DNA of 64,000 bases from an uncultured Verrucomicrobiae bacterium. Its GTDB lineage: Bacteria; Verrucomicrobiota; Verrucomicrobiia; Chthoniobacterales; JAFAMB01. The stretch's first letter is position 1; the number at the start of each line of letters is the position of its first letter. The translations under genes and the position numbers were made by a program. The notes under the pieces were generated by a model. It saw nothing but the letters and a program-made list of their open reading frames with translations. It was not told where the DNA came from and did not search any database. Shown one piece after another: positions 1-9,870 of the stretch. The DNA is taken from the NCBI GenBank assembly GCA_963837955.1, contig CAWIPH010000002.1, positions 2,698,966 through 2,762,965 of the forward strand, in the 5' to 3' direction.

Positions 1-1
1 T

Positions 2-796
2 CTATTCTATGGCTGCACCCGGCTAGGATTTGAGATCGATGGGTTGCAGATCACTCTGACGCTGGCGGCCGCGGTCGGTGTGCAGCTCCTTTTGGCCTGG
101 GTGACTCGAGCGGATGCGCGGTCTGATATACGCAGCGCCCTCATTACGGGTTTGTCGCTCTGTCTTCTCTTGCGAACCAACACCGTCTGGTTCGCCGCAG
201 TGGCGGCGGCAGCGGCGATTCTTAGCAAATTTGTCATTCGCTTTCGAGGTAAACATTTGTTCAACCCGGCCAACTTCGGCTTGGTCATTCTCTTGATAGC
301 GGGTCCGCGAATCGCCTGGTGTTCCGCCGGTCAATGGGGTTCGACAACTGTGCTCACCTTTTTCTTTGTGTGTCTTGGTTTATTGGTTGTGTATCGAGCA
401 CGTCGCGCGGATATCTCGTTCGCATTCCTGGTGGGCTACGCCATCCTGCTTTTCGGTCGCTCGGCCTGGCTGGGCGAACCCTTGACCATTCCGTGGCATC
501 GCCTGCAAAGCGGAGCGTTGCTGTTGTTTGCTTTCTTCATGATCTCCGATCCGCGAAGTACTCCGAACTCCTGGATCGGACGATTGATTTTCGCGCTGTT
601 GGTCGTTCTCGGTACCGGCTTCGTTCAATTCGTATTGAACCGCCCAAATGGCCTTTTCTTCAGCTTGGCGGTCTTCTCGCTGTCGGTGCCGCTCATCGAC
701 TTATTGTTTCCGGCCGTTCACTACGAATGGTCGCAGCTCACTAAAGTGCCGGGCTCAGGGACTCGTTCCATCTTTCCCGACCGGCCAGTCACCTAA
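2..796 (+). CDS. Polytopic membrane protein, NqrB/RnfD-like family (5' end probably outside window)
   Basis: Reading frame is open from the window edge up to the TTG at 44. Multi-TM hydrophobic sequence with 'RGKHLFNPANFGLV' motif typical of NQR2/RnfD/RnfE-type subunits. TAA at 794-796. Confidence 0.6.
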   Translation, partial: LFYGCTRLGFEIDGLQITLTLAAAVGVQLLLAWVTRADARSDIRSALITGLSLCLLLRTNTVWFAAVAAAAAILSKFVIRFRGKHLFNPANFGLVILLIAGPRIAWCSAGQWGSTTVLTFFFVCLGLLVVYRARRADISFAFLVGYAILLFGRSAWLGEPLTIPWHRLQSGALLLFAFFMISDPRSTPNSWIGRLIFALLVVLGTGFVQFVLNRPNGLFFSLAVFSLSVPLIDLLFPAVHYEWSQLTKVPGSGTRSIFPDRPVT

Positions 797-839
797 ATTA
801 CGCTTTCTCGTTCCATTGAAATTGAATCGCTGTGATCCT

Positions 840-2192
840 ATGACGACCTCCCGACTCTCCCTCCTCCTCATCTGTTCTGTCCTTTGCTTATCCAGCGCAG
901 ACCTGTGCGCCTTCTGCGGTTTCTATGTAGCTAAGGCCGACACGAAGATTTTTAACCAGGCTTCCAAAGTGGTAATGGTGCGGGATGACGATCGAACCGT
1001 CCTGACTCTAGCGAACGATTTCCAAGGCGACGCCAAAGATTTTGCGGTGGTAATCCCCGTGCCGACGGTCTTGGAAAAAGGCCAGATCCATGTCGGGGAT
1101 AATGCGTTGATCGACCATCTTGATGCCTATTCTGCGCCGCGGCTCGTCGAGTATTGGGACGAAGACCCCTGCGCAATTCGTTATCGGGCTCAAGCAGTAC
1201 CAAATGCGCCGAGCGGGGCCGCCGCTCCAAATCAGAGTCGAGCTTCAGCTCTCGGCGTAAAGATCGAAGCCCAATACACCGTCGGCGAATACGATATCGT
1301 GATTCTCTCGGCTGAGCAGAGTAACGGGCTGGAAACCTGGCTGACGGAGAGTGGTTACAAAATCCCCAGTGGCGCCGCCAGCGTCCTGGAGAGTTACATC
1401 AAACAGAATCTGCGCTTTTTCGTCGCCAAAGTGAATCTGGAAGAAAAGGGGAAACTCGGTTTCACTTATTTGCGGCCGCTCCAGTTGGCCTACGAGAGCA
1501 GCAAATTCATGTTACCGATCCGGCTCGGGACGGTGAACGCGAACGGCAGCCAGGAACTGTTTGTATTTGCCTTGAGCCGGCAAGGCCGCGTGGAAACCAC
1601 TAACTACCGCACGGTGAAACTAAACTCGGATTTGGAAGTGCCACTGTTTATCAAAGATGATTTCTCCCATTTTTATCGATCGATGTTTGATCGTGCCGTG
1701 CAACGGGAAGACATGCGGGTCGTTTTCCTGGAATACGCGTGGGATATGGGATGGTGCGATCCGTGCGCAGCGGAACCGTTAACCAACGACGAATTACGAA
1801 AGCTGGGCGTTTTCTGGTTAGACGACACTGACCCGCCCTCTAGCAAAACTGGTAGCAACCGTCCGATTGTTCGACCTTACGGCGGAACCAACGTATTCGT
1901 GACACGGCTACATCTGCGCTACGATGCCGCGCATTTCCCCGAGGATTTGGCATTCCAACAGACGGGCGATCGCGAGAATTTTCAGGGAAGATACATTCTG
2001 CGCCACCCCTGGACCGGCGAAGCAAAATGCGAGGCGGCCAGAGCCTATCTTAGATCCCTCGACACCCGCCATCGAACGGAAGCGGAGAATCTCGCCAATC
2101 TCACCGGTTGGGATATCCAAGAGATCTACAAGAAGATGAATTTTCAGCCCGTGAACGGGAATAAAAAGTGGTGGCAAAAGATCTGGGAATAA
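840..2192 (+). CDS. Secreted DUF2330-like protein with two CxxC motifs
   Basis: ATG at 840 gives a signal peptide (MTTSRLSLLLICSVLCLSSA) followed by CAFCGFYV...DFAVVIPVPT, the pattern I associate with DUF2330. The 648-839 extension overlaps the upstream gene and is rejected. Second CxxC is 'WCDPC'. Confidence 0.6.
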   Translation: MTTSRLSLLLICSVLCLSSADLCAFCGFYVAKADTKIFNQASKVVMVRDDDRTVLTLANDFQGDAKDFAVVIPVPTVLEKGQIHVGDNALIDHLDAYSAPRLVEYWDEDPCAIRYRAQAVPNAPSGAAAPNQSRASALGVKIEAQYTVGEYDIVILSAEQSNGLETWLTESGYKIPSGAASVLESYIKQNLRFFVAKVNLEEKGKLGFTYLRPLQLAYESSKFMLPIRLGTVNANGSQELFVFALSRQGRVETTNYRTVKLNSDLEVPLFIKDDFSHFYRSMFDRAVQREDMRVVFLEYAWDMGWCDPCAAEPLTNDELRKLGVFWLDDTDPPSSKTGSNRPIVRPYGGTNVFVTRLHLRYDAAHFPEDLAFQQTGDRENFQGRYILRHPWTGEAKCEAARAYLRSLDTRHRTEAENLANLTGWDIQEIYKKMNFQPVNGNKKWWQKIWE

Positions 2193-2286
2193 AGGAGTTA
2201 CCGAATAAGAAGTAGGGACTCCGCGTCTGACAATTCTGAATGGCAGTCGTGCACCTGACATCAACTCAGAACTCCTCGTGCTTTCT

Positions 2287-2646
2287 ATGACGCAAGAACA
2301 AAGAGAAGCTGTGGTGGACCTTCTCCTCCTCGGCATGTTTGCAGATGCTCCCCTGAGGGTTAGCGAAGATCAGAAACTGCTCTCCGTGATCGAGGAAATC
2401 GGCTGGGAGTCGTATCAAACGCCCGATCTCTATCTCCAATCGGCGATCGCAAAGGCCCGTGAAGCCTCCGATACGGAAATTGGCACGAAGCACCGGCTGG
2501 AAAAGATCGGCCATGAACTGGACGACGCCCCGCTCCGACAACGCGCGCTAGACTATCTCATTCAGTTTCTGGGAGTCGACGGAGCTGTCGACATTGATGA
2601 ATCGAAATTTCTCGAACTCGCCAGGAAAGCATTGCAAGCGCCCTAA
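2287..2646 (+). CDS. Small TerB-like (tellurite-resistance TerB / DjlA N-domain-like) protein
   Basis: About 119 aa helical protein with two 'D(G/A)xxxxxExxxL'-type segments (FADAPLRVSEDQKLL; VDGAVDIDESKFLEL). ATG at 2287 lies just inside the GTG at 2278. Confidence 0.5.
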   Translation: MTQEQREAVVDLLLLGMFADAPLRVSEDQKLLSVIEEIGWESYQTPDLYLQSAIAKAREASDTEIGTKHRLEKIGHELDDAPLRQRALDYLIQFLGVDGAVDIDESKFLELARKALQAP

Positions 2647-2850
2647 GTGTTTTATGAGAGGTCGACATCCGGCAGTTTTCTACCGTGAGTTCGTCGACGA
2701 ACTTCCGGTCGACGCTTCTATTCTTTAGCGCAGCGCGACCTCAACCCCGGGCGCTGACCCACGCCGGAAGGCATTCGCTGAGAATCCCGACGAAGCCCCA
2801 GTCCGGCGCACCGATGCTCCGGCTTTGCCTTAGCGAGATGAATGCGGCAA

Positions 2851-3753
2851 CTATTGGTTGCTCTCGCTGCTCAGAATATTCCGCCGCGCGAAGCGATCGT
2901 TGCTTTGGCGACGCAGAATCACAAATGTATTATTCTCGCCGTACATCGCCCAAGGACCAGGCGAAACCTCTTTGAATTCTACGAAACGCCAGTCGCAGGC
3001 ATCTTTATTCCCGAGACCAAGGTAGTCGCGAACTGCAGGCGAAACGTCCAGTCCAGCGCCTTGGTTGAGATTCGGGCGCGGACGCTCGTTCCCAAAGACA
3101 TACTGCCAGTGATCCGTACGAAACGGACCACAATCCTCCCACTGAGCATAGCAGATACGGTTACCGTGCCGAATACAAAGCCAGCGGCTCTTTAGAACCG
3201 TTTGTCCGTCACGAACGAAAGATTGCTTGAACCAAGGAACGACCTGGGCGGCCTCCGGCTTAGTGTGGCTGTATTCCACGTCGTTGTAGGGCAACGCTAC
3301 ATAAAAAGGGTTTTGCCGCGGAATGAAATTGACCGGGATGTAATTGCGTCGACCAGACGGGTCCGGATTATCGTATCCTCCGTAACTGCTGCTCCAATAT
3401 TTGTCCCAAGAGCTTCTGTCGTTAGGTACCGGGTTGTTGCCAGAGGGCCGTTCACCAATCCAGAAAATGGTGGTGACAATGTTTAGCTTCCAAGGGTATC
3501 GCCCGGAACCGATCGCCAGACCGTTGCTGCGACCCATCAATGAAGGACCACTCTGATAACGCGGTCCACCTCCCGTGAATGTCGTTTTGGTCGGCGACAT
3601 GATCACTTTCGGTTCGACCTTAAGTAGCGCGTTTTCCCGCAACTTCATCGCGTACTTCGCAAAATCGGTACTACTCTCGTACTGAGTTTGGGCAAATGCA
3701 GCACCACCAAACAAGAACGAGACCGACGCCAAGATGGGAAAATAAGACCGCAT
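2851..3753 (-). CDS. Secreted hypothetical protein, possible RlpA/expansin-like double-psi beta-barrel C-terminal domain
   Basis: ATG at 3753 gives signal peptide MRSYFPILASVSFLFGGAAFAQ. C-terminal 'ICYAQWEDCGPF...GAGLDVSPAVRDYLGL' resembles the DPBB 'V.V.D.GPF...IDLS.AA...LG' signature. The fold call is weak. Confidence 0.55.
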   Translation of the reverse strand: MRSYFPILASVSFLFGGAAFAQTQYESSTDFAKYAMKLRENALLKVEPKVIMSPTKTTFTGGGPRYQSGPSLMGRSNGLAIGSGRYPWKLNIVTTIFWIGERPSGNNPVPNDRSSWDKYWSSSYGGYDNPDPSGRRNYIPVNFIPRQNPFYVALPYNDVEYSHTKPEAAQVVPWFKQSFVRDGQTVLKSRWLCIRHGNRICYAQWEDCGPFRTDHWQYVFGNERPRPNLNQGAGLDVSPAVRDYLGLGNKDACDWRFVEFKEVSPGPWAMYGENNTFVILRRQSNDRFARRNILSSESNQ

Positions 3754-3898
3754 GCGGAGTGTGTTTTTCTGTTTTACGAGCAGCGGGAGCCAAAGAGCAA
3801 GAGATTTCTGCATTTTTACAACTCAAATCTGCGTGTTTTCGCCATCTACGGTCCGAATGGGCCCTACTTTAGCTTATTTAGGACAATTTCAATAACTT

Positions 3899-5497
3899 TC
3901 AGTATCGAAATAATACTGAATCGCGACGATAGCCGGACTCGTCTGTTTCCGGATAGTCGAGCGTAAAATGGAGGCCCCTGCTTTCTTTTCTAGCCAAAGC
4001 AGAGTCCACGATCAAACTCGCCACCGTACAAAGGTTGCGCAGCTCGAGTAAATCGGTGGACAAATTAAAGTCCCAATAAAATTCCTGAATTTCCCGCTGC
4101 AAATTCCGCAGTCGGGTGCTCGCCCGCTGGAGCCTCTTGTTGGTGCGCACGATACCGACGTAGTCCCACATCAGCCGGCGGATCTCATCCCAGTTGTGAT
4201 AGACCACGACCAGTTCATCGACATCTTGAGCGTGACCAGGCCGCCAATCTGGTAGTTGCACTTCCTGATGGTATTTAGAGTATTTCGGCCGCAACAAGGC
4301 GCTCGCGCAACGCTTGGCTAGAACCACCGCTTCAAGTAGCGAATTGCTTGCCAAGCGATTGGCTCCGTGCAGGCCGGTACAAGCCACTTCGCCTATCGCA
4401 AAGAGCCCGCGCAAAGTCGTTGCGCCATCGATATCAGTTCGGACACCTCCACATTGATAATGTGCGGCCGGTACGATCGGGATCGGCTGGACGGTGATAT
4501 CAATCCCCAGACCCAGGCAAGTCTCGTAAATATTGGGAAATCGTTCTTTGATAAAAGCGGCCGGTTTCCGCGTGATATCGAGATACATGCAGGGCGCGCC
4601 CGTCCGCTTCATTTCCGCATCGATGGCCCGAGCAACAATGTCACGCGGCGCAAGAGCCCCGAGGCGATGGTATTTGGTCATGAATTCGCGACCATTGGCG
4701 TCCACCAAAATCCCCCCCTCGCCCCGCACCGCTTCGGTAATGAGGAACGACCTAGCCGCAGGATGAAAAAGACAGGTCGGATGAAATTGAATAAATTCCA
4801 TGTTGGCGATGGCCGCACCTGCCCGCCAAGCCATGGCCACGCCATCGCCGGTAGCGATGTTCGGGTTTGTTGTATAGAGGTAAACTTTGCCGCAGCCACC
4901 GGTAGCAAGAATCACCCGATCTGTACGTAACCATTTTACCGCGCCGGTTTCTTCATCCAATACGTAAACGCCGACGACTCGATCCTCCGCAGCGTAGCCC
5001 AGCCTTCCGGTCGTGATGAGGTCGACCGCCATGTGATTTGATAGAACTGTGACGTTTGATGTCGCTTCCAGCGCTGCGACCAAGCGCTGCTCGATCTCTC
5101 GACCGGTCATATCAAGGTAATGCAGAACTCGGCGCTTAGAGTGGCCGCCTTCCTTTGTCAGATCGAGTTCCCGGTGACCATCTTCCAATACCCGTTCATC
5201 GAAATGCACACCCCACTTGATCAAATCCTGAATCGCCGCGGGACCTTCGGTGATTATCGTCCGGACGACGTCTTCATGACACAAGCCGGCTCCGGCGATC
5301 AGCGTATCTTTCACGTGCAAGTCGAAGGAGTCTTCCGCACTTGTCACCGCGGCGACTCCGCCTTGCGCCCATGCTGTATTCGATTCGCCCAGGGTTCGTT
5401 TCGTCACCAGTGCGACCGAACCATACTGGGCGACGTTCAAGGCTAGACTCAGACCAGCGATCCCGCTGCCAATAATGACAAAATCGAACTGGTTCAT
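3899..5497 (-). CDS. nadB: L-aspartate oxidase
   Basis: N-terminal FAD fold 'FDFVIIGSGIAGLSLAL', 532 aa, succinate DH/fumarate reductase flavoprotein-like body. ATGA overlap with panC. Confidence 0.93.
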   Translation of the reverse strand: MNQFDFVIIGSGIAGLSLALNVAQYGSVALVTKRTLGESNTAWAQGGVAAVTSAEDSFDLHVKDTLIAGAGLCHEDVVRTIITEGPAAIQDLIKWGVHFDERVLEDGHRELDLTKEGGHSKRRVLHYLDMTGREIEQRLVAALEATSNVTVLSNHMAVDLITTGRLGYAAEDRVVGVYVLDEETGAVKWLRTDRVILATGGCGKVYLYTTNPNIATGDGVAMAWRAGAAIANMEFIQFHPTCLFHPAARSFLITEAVRGEGGILVDANGREFMTKYHRLGALAPRDIVARAIDAEMKRTGAPCMYLDITRKPAAFIKERFPNIYETCLGLGIDITVQPIPIVPAAHYQCGGVRTDIDGATTLRGLFAIGEVACTGLHGANRLASNSLLEAVVLAKRCASALLRPKYSKYHQEVQLPDWRPGHAQDVDELVVVYHNWDEIRRLMWDYVGIVRTNKRLQRASTRLRNLQREIQEFYWDFNLSTDLLELRNLCTVASLIVDSALARKESRGLHFTLDYPETDESGYRRDSVLFRY

Positions 5498-6336
5498 TCC
5501 AGAAGCCGGTTATCAATCAGTCGCGTTGTTCCGAAGAAGACAGCCGCGGCGAGCAGCATGGGGGGGCGCAAGCTGGTAACAGGCTGGAGATTCTCAGGGT
5601 CGACTGCTACCACATAGTCGACCTTCGCTAGCGACGCGAGTTCCATTTCGGCCCGCATCCATTTCACCAAACCCGTAACTGATCCCCGGCCCTCGCGAAC
5701 CTTCTTCTCCGCTCGTTGCAATACTTGCTGGATGACAGGTGCTTGCTCGCGTTCCTCCGTACTAAGATAAATATTTCGTGAACTCAGAGCCAGCCCGTCT
5801 GGTTCTCGAACCGTCGGATGCGCCTCAAGCCGGACAGAAAAATTCAGGTCGCGGACCAATCGTCTAATAATGGCAAATTGCTGGAAGTCTTTGGCACCAA
5901 AGATCGCGACGTCGGGACAAAATAGATTCAACAGTTTCGCCACGACCGTGCAGACCCCGGCAAAATGACCTGGACGCGACGCTCCGCACATCACCGTCGA
6001 AAGCGAGTTTTCGACAACCACGACTGATCGATCGCCAAAATACATATCGGACGCCGCCGGGGCGAAGAGCAGATCGCAACCGTTTTGTTTGAGCAACGCC
6101 GAGTCTGTAGCAAACGGACGCGGGTACTGCGCAAAATCTTCTGAAGGCCCAAACTGCGCCGGATTCACAAAGATGCTGGCGGCGGCCGTACCTGTGCCCT
6201 GGGCAAGTTTCCGAGCCCGCCGCACCAGGGCGAGGTGGCCTTCATGTAGCGCGCCCATGGTCGGAACCAGCACAAGCGGGCGCGGCGCTGTGGAGATGAT
6301 CTGCCGCAGCTTCAACGGGTCTCTGACTATGCGCAT
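5494..6336 (-). CDS. panC: Pantoate--beta-alanine ligase
   Basis: 'VPTMGALHEGHLALV' HIGH-type motif. ATG at 6336; a TTG at 6342 is an alternative start. Confidence 0.92.
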   Translation of the reverse strand: MRIVRDPLKLRQIISTAPRPLVLVPTMGALHEGHLALVRRARKLAQGTGTAAASIFVNPAQFGPSEDFAQYPRPFATDSALLKQNGCDLLFAPAASDMYFGDRSVVVVENSLSTVMCGASRPGHFAGVCTVVAKLLNLFCPDVAIFGAKDFQQFAIIRRLVRDLNFSVRLEAHPTVREPDGLALSSRNIYLSTEEREQAPVIQQVLQRAEKKVREGRGSVTGLVKWMRAEMELASLAKVDYVVAVDPENLQPVTSLRPPMLLAAAVFFGTTRLIDNRLLE

Positions 6337-6423
6337 GTCCAAAGCGGAATTTAGAATAAAAACGTCGGGTCAGCGAATCGGGCACAATAGAACTCGCAAC
6401 CTGAAACCGCCAACCTGCAACTT

Positions 6424-9400
6424 CTAGCTCCCCACTACCTGCAAGAGGCCGCGCAAAGGGATCGCCGTCCATTTTGGCCGATTGTTTAGCTCGTAACGCA
6501 ATTCGTACATCGCTTTCAGGACCGAATAGCTGCGCAGCAAAGCACGTAAGTCACCTCGATCAAAAGGAACAAAGACAGCGTTAGCGGCTGTTTCCAAGTA
6601 AGCGCCTAGAAAGACCTGGCCGGCCCGCGTCGCCCATAGATCGGCGAACGCACCTAGTGTCTGGCGATCTTCCGGGCGTACGGTTCGTGACTCAAACAAA
6701 CTGTAGTGCGCGACATAATGGAAAGAGCGAAGCATGCCGGCAATATCAACCATGGCGGATCGCTTCAATCTGCGCTCCCCGAGCGGGCGAGCCGGCTCGC
6801 CTTCGAAATCAAGGATCACATAGTCTTTTCCGGTGAACAGGATCTGCCCGAGATGATAGTCTCCGTGGATTCGAATCTTATGCACATGAATGGTGTCGTG
6901 TAGCAGATACTCGTGCGAACTCATCAGCTTATCACCGATAGACATCACCTGGTCCGCCAGCGCTCGTGGATACTCTTCCAATCCGCTCAGATTCCTCCCG
7001 AGCAAAGTCAAAGTCAGCTTGGATTCGCTCCGGATCGATTGGTAGACCGATCGTTGGTGTTGCAGTGTGAATGGCTCCGGTCGGAAATCAGGCGAATCGG
7101 CATCGGCCGCCAACGCCAGATGCATTTCGGCAGTTCGTTGGCCCAAAAGGCGGACCGTTTCAAGGTGCACTCCCTCGATCACAGTGAGTAGTTGCTCCGG
7201 GATCTGATCCCACAGCCCGAGTCTAGGCGGCTCGGGCAGGGTCGGGTCACCAAGAACGCGATCGAAAAAGCGATCGACTGCCGCGAGCGTGTGGGTCCAG
7301 CCATCTTGCTCGTTGCCGGTAAATACTTGGGCCATCGCTAGCGCAGCCGGATCTTGACCGCGAGCAATGTACTGCATATCGCCCAGATAACTCGGAACGT
7401 GCGGGAAGCCGCATCGTTCACTCAGTTGCTTGGTGACTTCCAGATCAGGATTTAGTCCCTCATCCAATTTCCGGAATAGTTTCAGGTAAATCTGCTCGCC
7501 GTAGATGATCGAGCTATTACTCTGTTCCACCTTCAATGCTTTAGAGACTTCCGGAAGCCCGTTATCGGCCATCTCCAGTAGTCGCTTGGAACGGCTCGGG
7601 CTAAGCTGGCCGCTGCGTCCTGGGACCGATCCTCCGGAAACGATCGATTTCAGGAGAACTCGATGGAAATTCGTCGAGGCAACCGCATCCACCATTAAAT
7701 CGCCCTCCGCGCCAACCCTGGCAATGACTGCACCCGGGTATTCGACTTCGATCGATCTGGCCTCCTCTCCCGAAACAACTTTGACGGGTAGCGCATACAG
7801 ATCCCGTGCTCCCTCTGAAAAATTCACGCCAATGATGAGGAACAGGGTTGAGTCTTCGGAGCCTAGATCAACCAGATCAACCAAAACGGTACTAACAATG
7901 CTGCGCGATTTGCTCCGGTACCATCGGGCAGCGCGCATATAATTGATGAGGTCACGTTCAAGAAATCTTGCCCCGGCCGGTGAAGACCACCACGCGGCGG
8001 TGCCGTTGTAAGCAATCGTTGGAAGATATTTTTCACCGGCGGAAACACCTGCGACTTCCGGCGGCGTTAATAACAACCAATAAAACGAGGTTGGGCCGAG
8101 CGTGATCGGGTAAGGACCGTCCCGAATCACTGGAAACCGGCCGTGACCGAACGCGTCTTCCGGCGTCCAACCTGCCCAGGGTTGAAGATCCAACTCAACC
8201 GCTTGGGTAAAACGGGCGAGGTTTATTACCACCAGGATTGTCTGCGTCTCATATGTGCGGGTGAAGACCAGCACCTTGTTGTTTGCTGGGAACAGCATCC
8301 GAAAATCACCGTGACCGAACGCGGGAAACCGTTTGCGCATCGCGATGATCCGGCGCATCCACCAAAGAAAGGAAGAGAGATTAGTCTCCTGTACTTCGAC
8401 GTTGATCGCTTCGTAGTGAAATTCCGGATCGATGTTAACCGGCAGAAACAAAGAGTGCGGATTGGCTCGAGAAAAGCCGGCGTTTTTGTCCGCGCTCCAT
8501 TGCATCGGCGTACGGACTCCATTGCGATCGCCCAAATAGATGTTATCTCCCATTCCGATCTCGTCGCCATAGTAAAGGATGGGGCTTCCTGGCATAGAAA
8601 ACAGGATGGCGTGAATCAACTCGAGCTTACGTCGGTTGTTGCTCAAGAGCGGAGCGAGCCGGCGCCGGATACCGAGGTTGAGGCGAGCGCGCGGATCGCG
8701 AGCGTAGACGCGATACATGTAGTCACGCTCCTCCTCTGTCACCATCTCGAGCGTCAGCTCATCGTGGTTGCGCAAGAAAATCGCCCACTGGCAATTTTCC
8801 GGAATGTTCGGCGTTTGGTCGAGGATGTCGACGAGCGGATAACGATCTTCCATGTGCAGCGACATGTAGATCCGCGGCATGATGGGAAAATTGAATGCCA
8901 TATGACATTCGTTGCCATTTCCAAAGTAAGCTACCGCGTCATCCGGCCACTGATTGGCTTCCGCCAAAAGCATCCGGTCGACGTATTTTTCGTCGATGTG
9001 AGCTCGAACCTTTTGAAGATATTCGTGTGTCTCTGAGAGATTCTCGCAACTCGTTCCTTCGCGTTCAAAGAGATAGGGCACCGCATCGAGCCGCAGCCCA
9101 TCCACTCCCATATCGAGCCAGAAATCGACGACCTTGAGCATAGCTGAACAGACCTCGGGATTGTCGTAATTCAGGTCGGGCTGGTGGGAATAAAAGCGAT
9201 GCCAGAAATACGATTTCGCGATCGGATCGTAGGTCCAGTTACTGATTTCAGTATCTTTGAAGATGACGCGAGCTTCCTGATATTTATTCGGATCATCCGA
9301 CCAAACATAATAATCGCGCCACGGATCACCAGCTACCGCCCGTCGCGATCGTTGGAACCATATATGCTGATCGCTCGTGTGATTGAGCACCAGCTCGGTG

Positions 9401-9729
9401 ATTACCTTGAGACCGGCTTCATGCGCGGCTTCCAGGAACTGCCGAAAATCATCGAGCGTTCCGTATGACGGATGCACGTTATAACAATCCGCGATGTCAT
9501 AGCCATCATCGCGCAAGGGCGACGGATAAAATGGGAGCAACCAAATCGCGGTAACGCCAAGATTCCGCAAGTAGTCGAGCTTGCTGAGCAACCCCTGGAA
9601 GTCTCCGACGCCGTCGTTGTTAGCGTCGCAGAAGGTCTTGATATGAAGTTGATAAATTATGGCGCCTTTAAACCAGTTCGAGCTCGCTGGTTTGGCGACG
9701 TCATGTGTTTCGGTAGTCGGAATCTGCAT
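6424..9729 (-). CDS. treS: Trehalose synthase (maltose alpha-D-glucosyltransferase) fused to maltokinase
   Basis: 1101 aa. N-terminal GH13 alpha-amylase-type catalytic region (GVTAIWLLPFYPSPLRDDGYD, GVDGLRLDAVPYL, RNHDELTLE). C-terminal ~450 aa is kinase-like (IHGDYHLGQILF). Confidence 0.9.
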   Translation of the reverse strand: MQIPTTETHDVAKPASSNWFKGAIIYQLHIKTFCDANNDGVGDFQGLLSKLDYLRNLGVTAIWLLPFYPSPLRDDGYDIADCYNVHPSYGTLDDFRQFLEAAHEAGLKVITELVLNHTSDQHIWFQRSRRAVAGDPWRDYYVWSDDPNKYQEARVIFKDTEISNWTYDPIAKSYFWHRFYSHQPDLNYDNPEVCSAMLKVVDFWLDMGVDGLRLDAVPYLFEREGTSCENLSETHEYLQKVRAHIDEKYVDRMLLAEANQWPDDAVAYFGNGNECHMAFNFPIMPRIYMSLHMEDRYPLVDILDQTPNIPENCQWAIFLRNHDELTLEMVTEEERDYMYRVYARDPRARLNLGIRRRLAPLLSNNRRKLELIHAILFSMPGSPILYYGDEIGMGDNIYLGDRNGVRTPMQWSADKNAGFSRANPHSLFLPVNIDPEFHYEAINVEVQETNLSSFLWWMRRIIAMRKRFPAFGHGDFRMLFPANNKVLVFTRTYETQTILVVINLARFTQAVELDLQPWAGWTPEDAFGHGRFPVIRDGPYPITLGPTSFYWLLLTPPEVAGVSAGEKYLPTIAYNGTAAWWSSPAGARFLERDLINYMRAARWYRSKSRSIVSTVLVDLVDLGSEDSTLFLIIGVNFSEGARDLYALPVKVVSGEEARSIEVEYPGAVIARVGAEGDLMVDAVASTNFHRVLLKSIVSGGSVPGRSGQLSPSRSKRLLEMADNGLPEVSKALKVEQSNSSIIYGEQIYLKLFRKLDEGLNPDLEVTKQLSERCGFPHVPSYLGDMQYIARGQDPAALAMAQVFTGNEQDGWTHTLAAVDRFFDRVLGDPTLPEPPRLGLWDQIPEQLLTVIEGVHLETVRLLGQRTAEMHLALAADADSPDFRPEPFTLQHQRSVYQSIRSESKLTLTLLGRNLSGLEEYPRALADQVMSIGDKLMSSHEYLLHDTIHVHKIRIHGDYHLGQILFTGKDYVILDFEGEPARPLGERRLKRSAMVDIAGMLRSFHYVAHYSLFESRTVRPEDRQTLGAFADLWATRAGQVFLGAYLETAANAVFVPFDRGDLRALLRSYSVLKAMYELRYELNNRPKWTAIPLRGLLQVVGS

Positions 9730-9870
9730 ACAAAATCAATGGTTGTGAAGCGGTGGTCGATCAGAGGTGCGTCGCTTGGTGTTCGCTTGCCTTTCAATAG
9801 GTCTTTCGAACTGCGCTAAAATCATACAGAAATTCAAGTGACTGCTAGAGGTTGCTCCACCATGGCTTGT

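Noticed and set aside
648-839. Upstream extension of the DUF2330-like ORF (start at 648)
   Set aside because: It overlaps the end of the membrane-protein gene by ~150 nt and encodes an Arg/Cys/Ser-rich non-signal sequence. ATG 840 gives a proper signal peptide.
8143-9036. Long antisense ORFs inside well-supported genes (for example 8143-9036 opposite treS, 21037-21669 and 21874-22494 opposite the DUF2126 gene, 48179-48871 opposite ggt, 52397-52939 opposite the YdeP-like gene, 4367-4930 opposite nadB)
   Set aside because: They lie entirely within genes whose products have clear family signatures on the other strand. Their translations are Arg/Ser/Pro-rich and low in information, as expected for shadow ORFs in GC-rich DNA.
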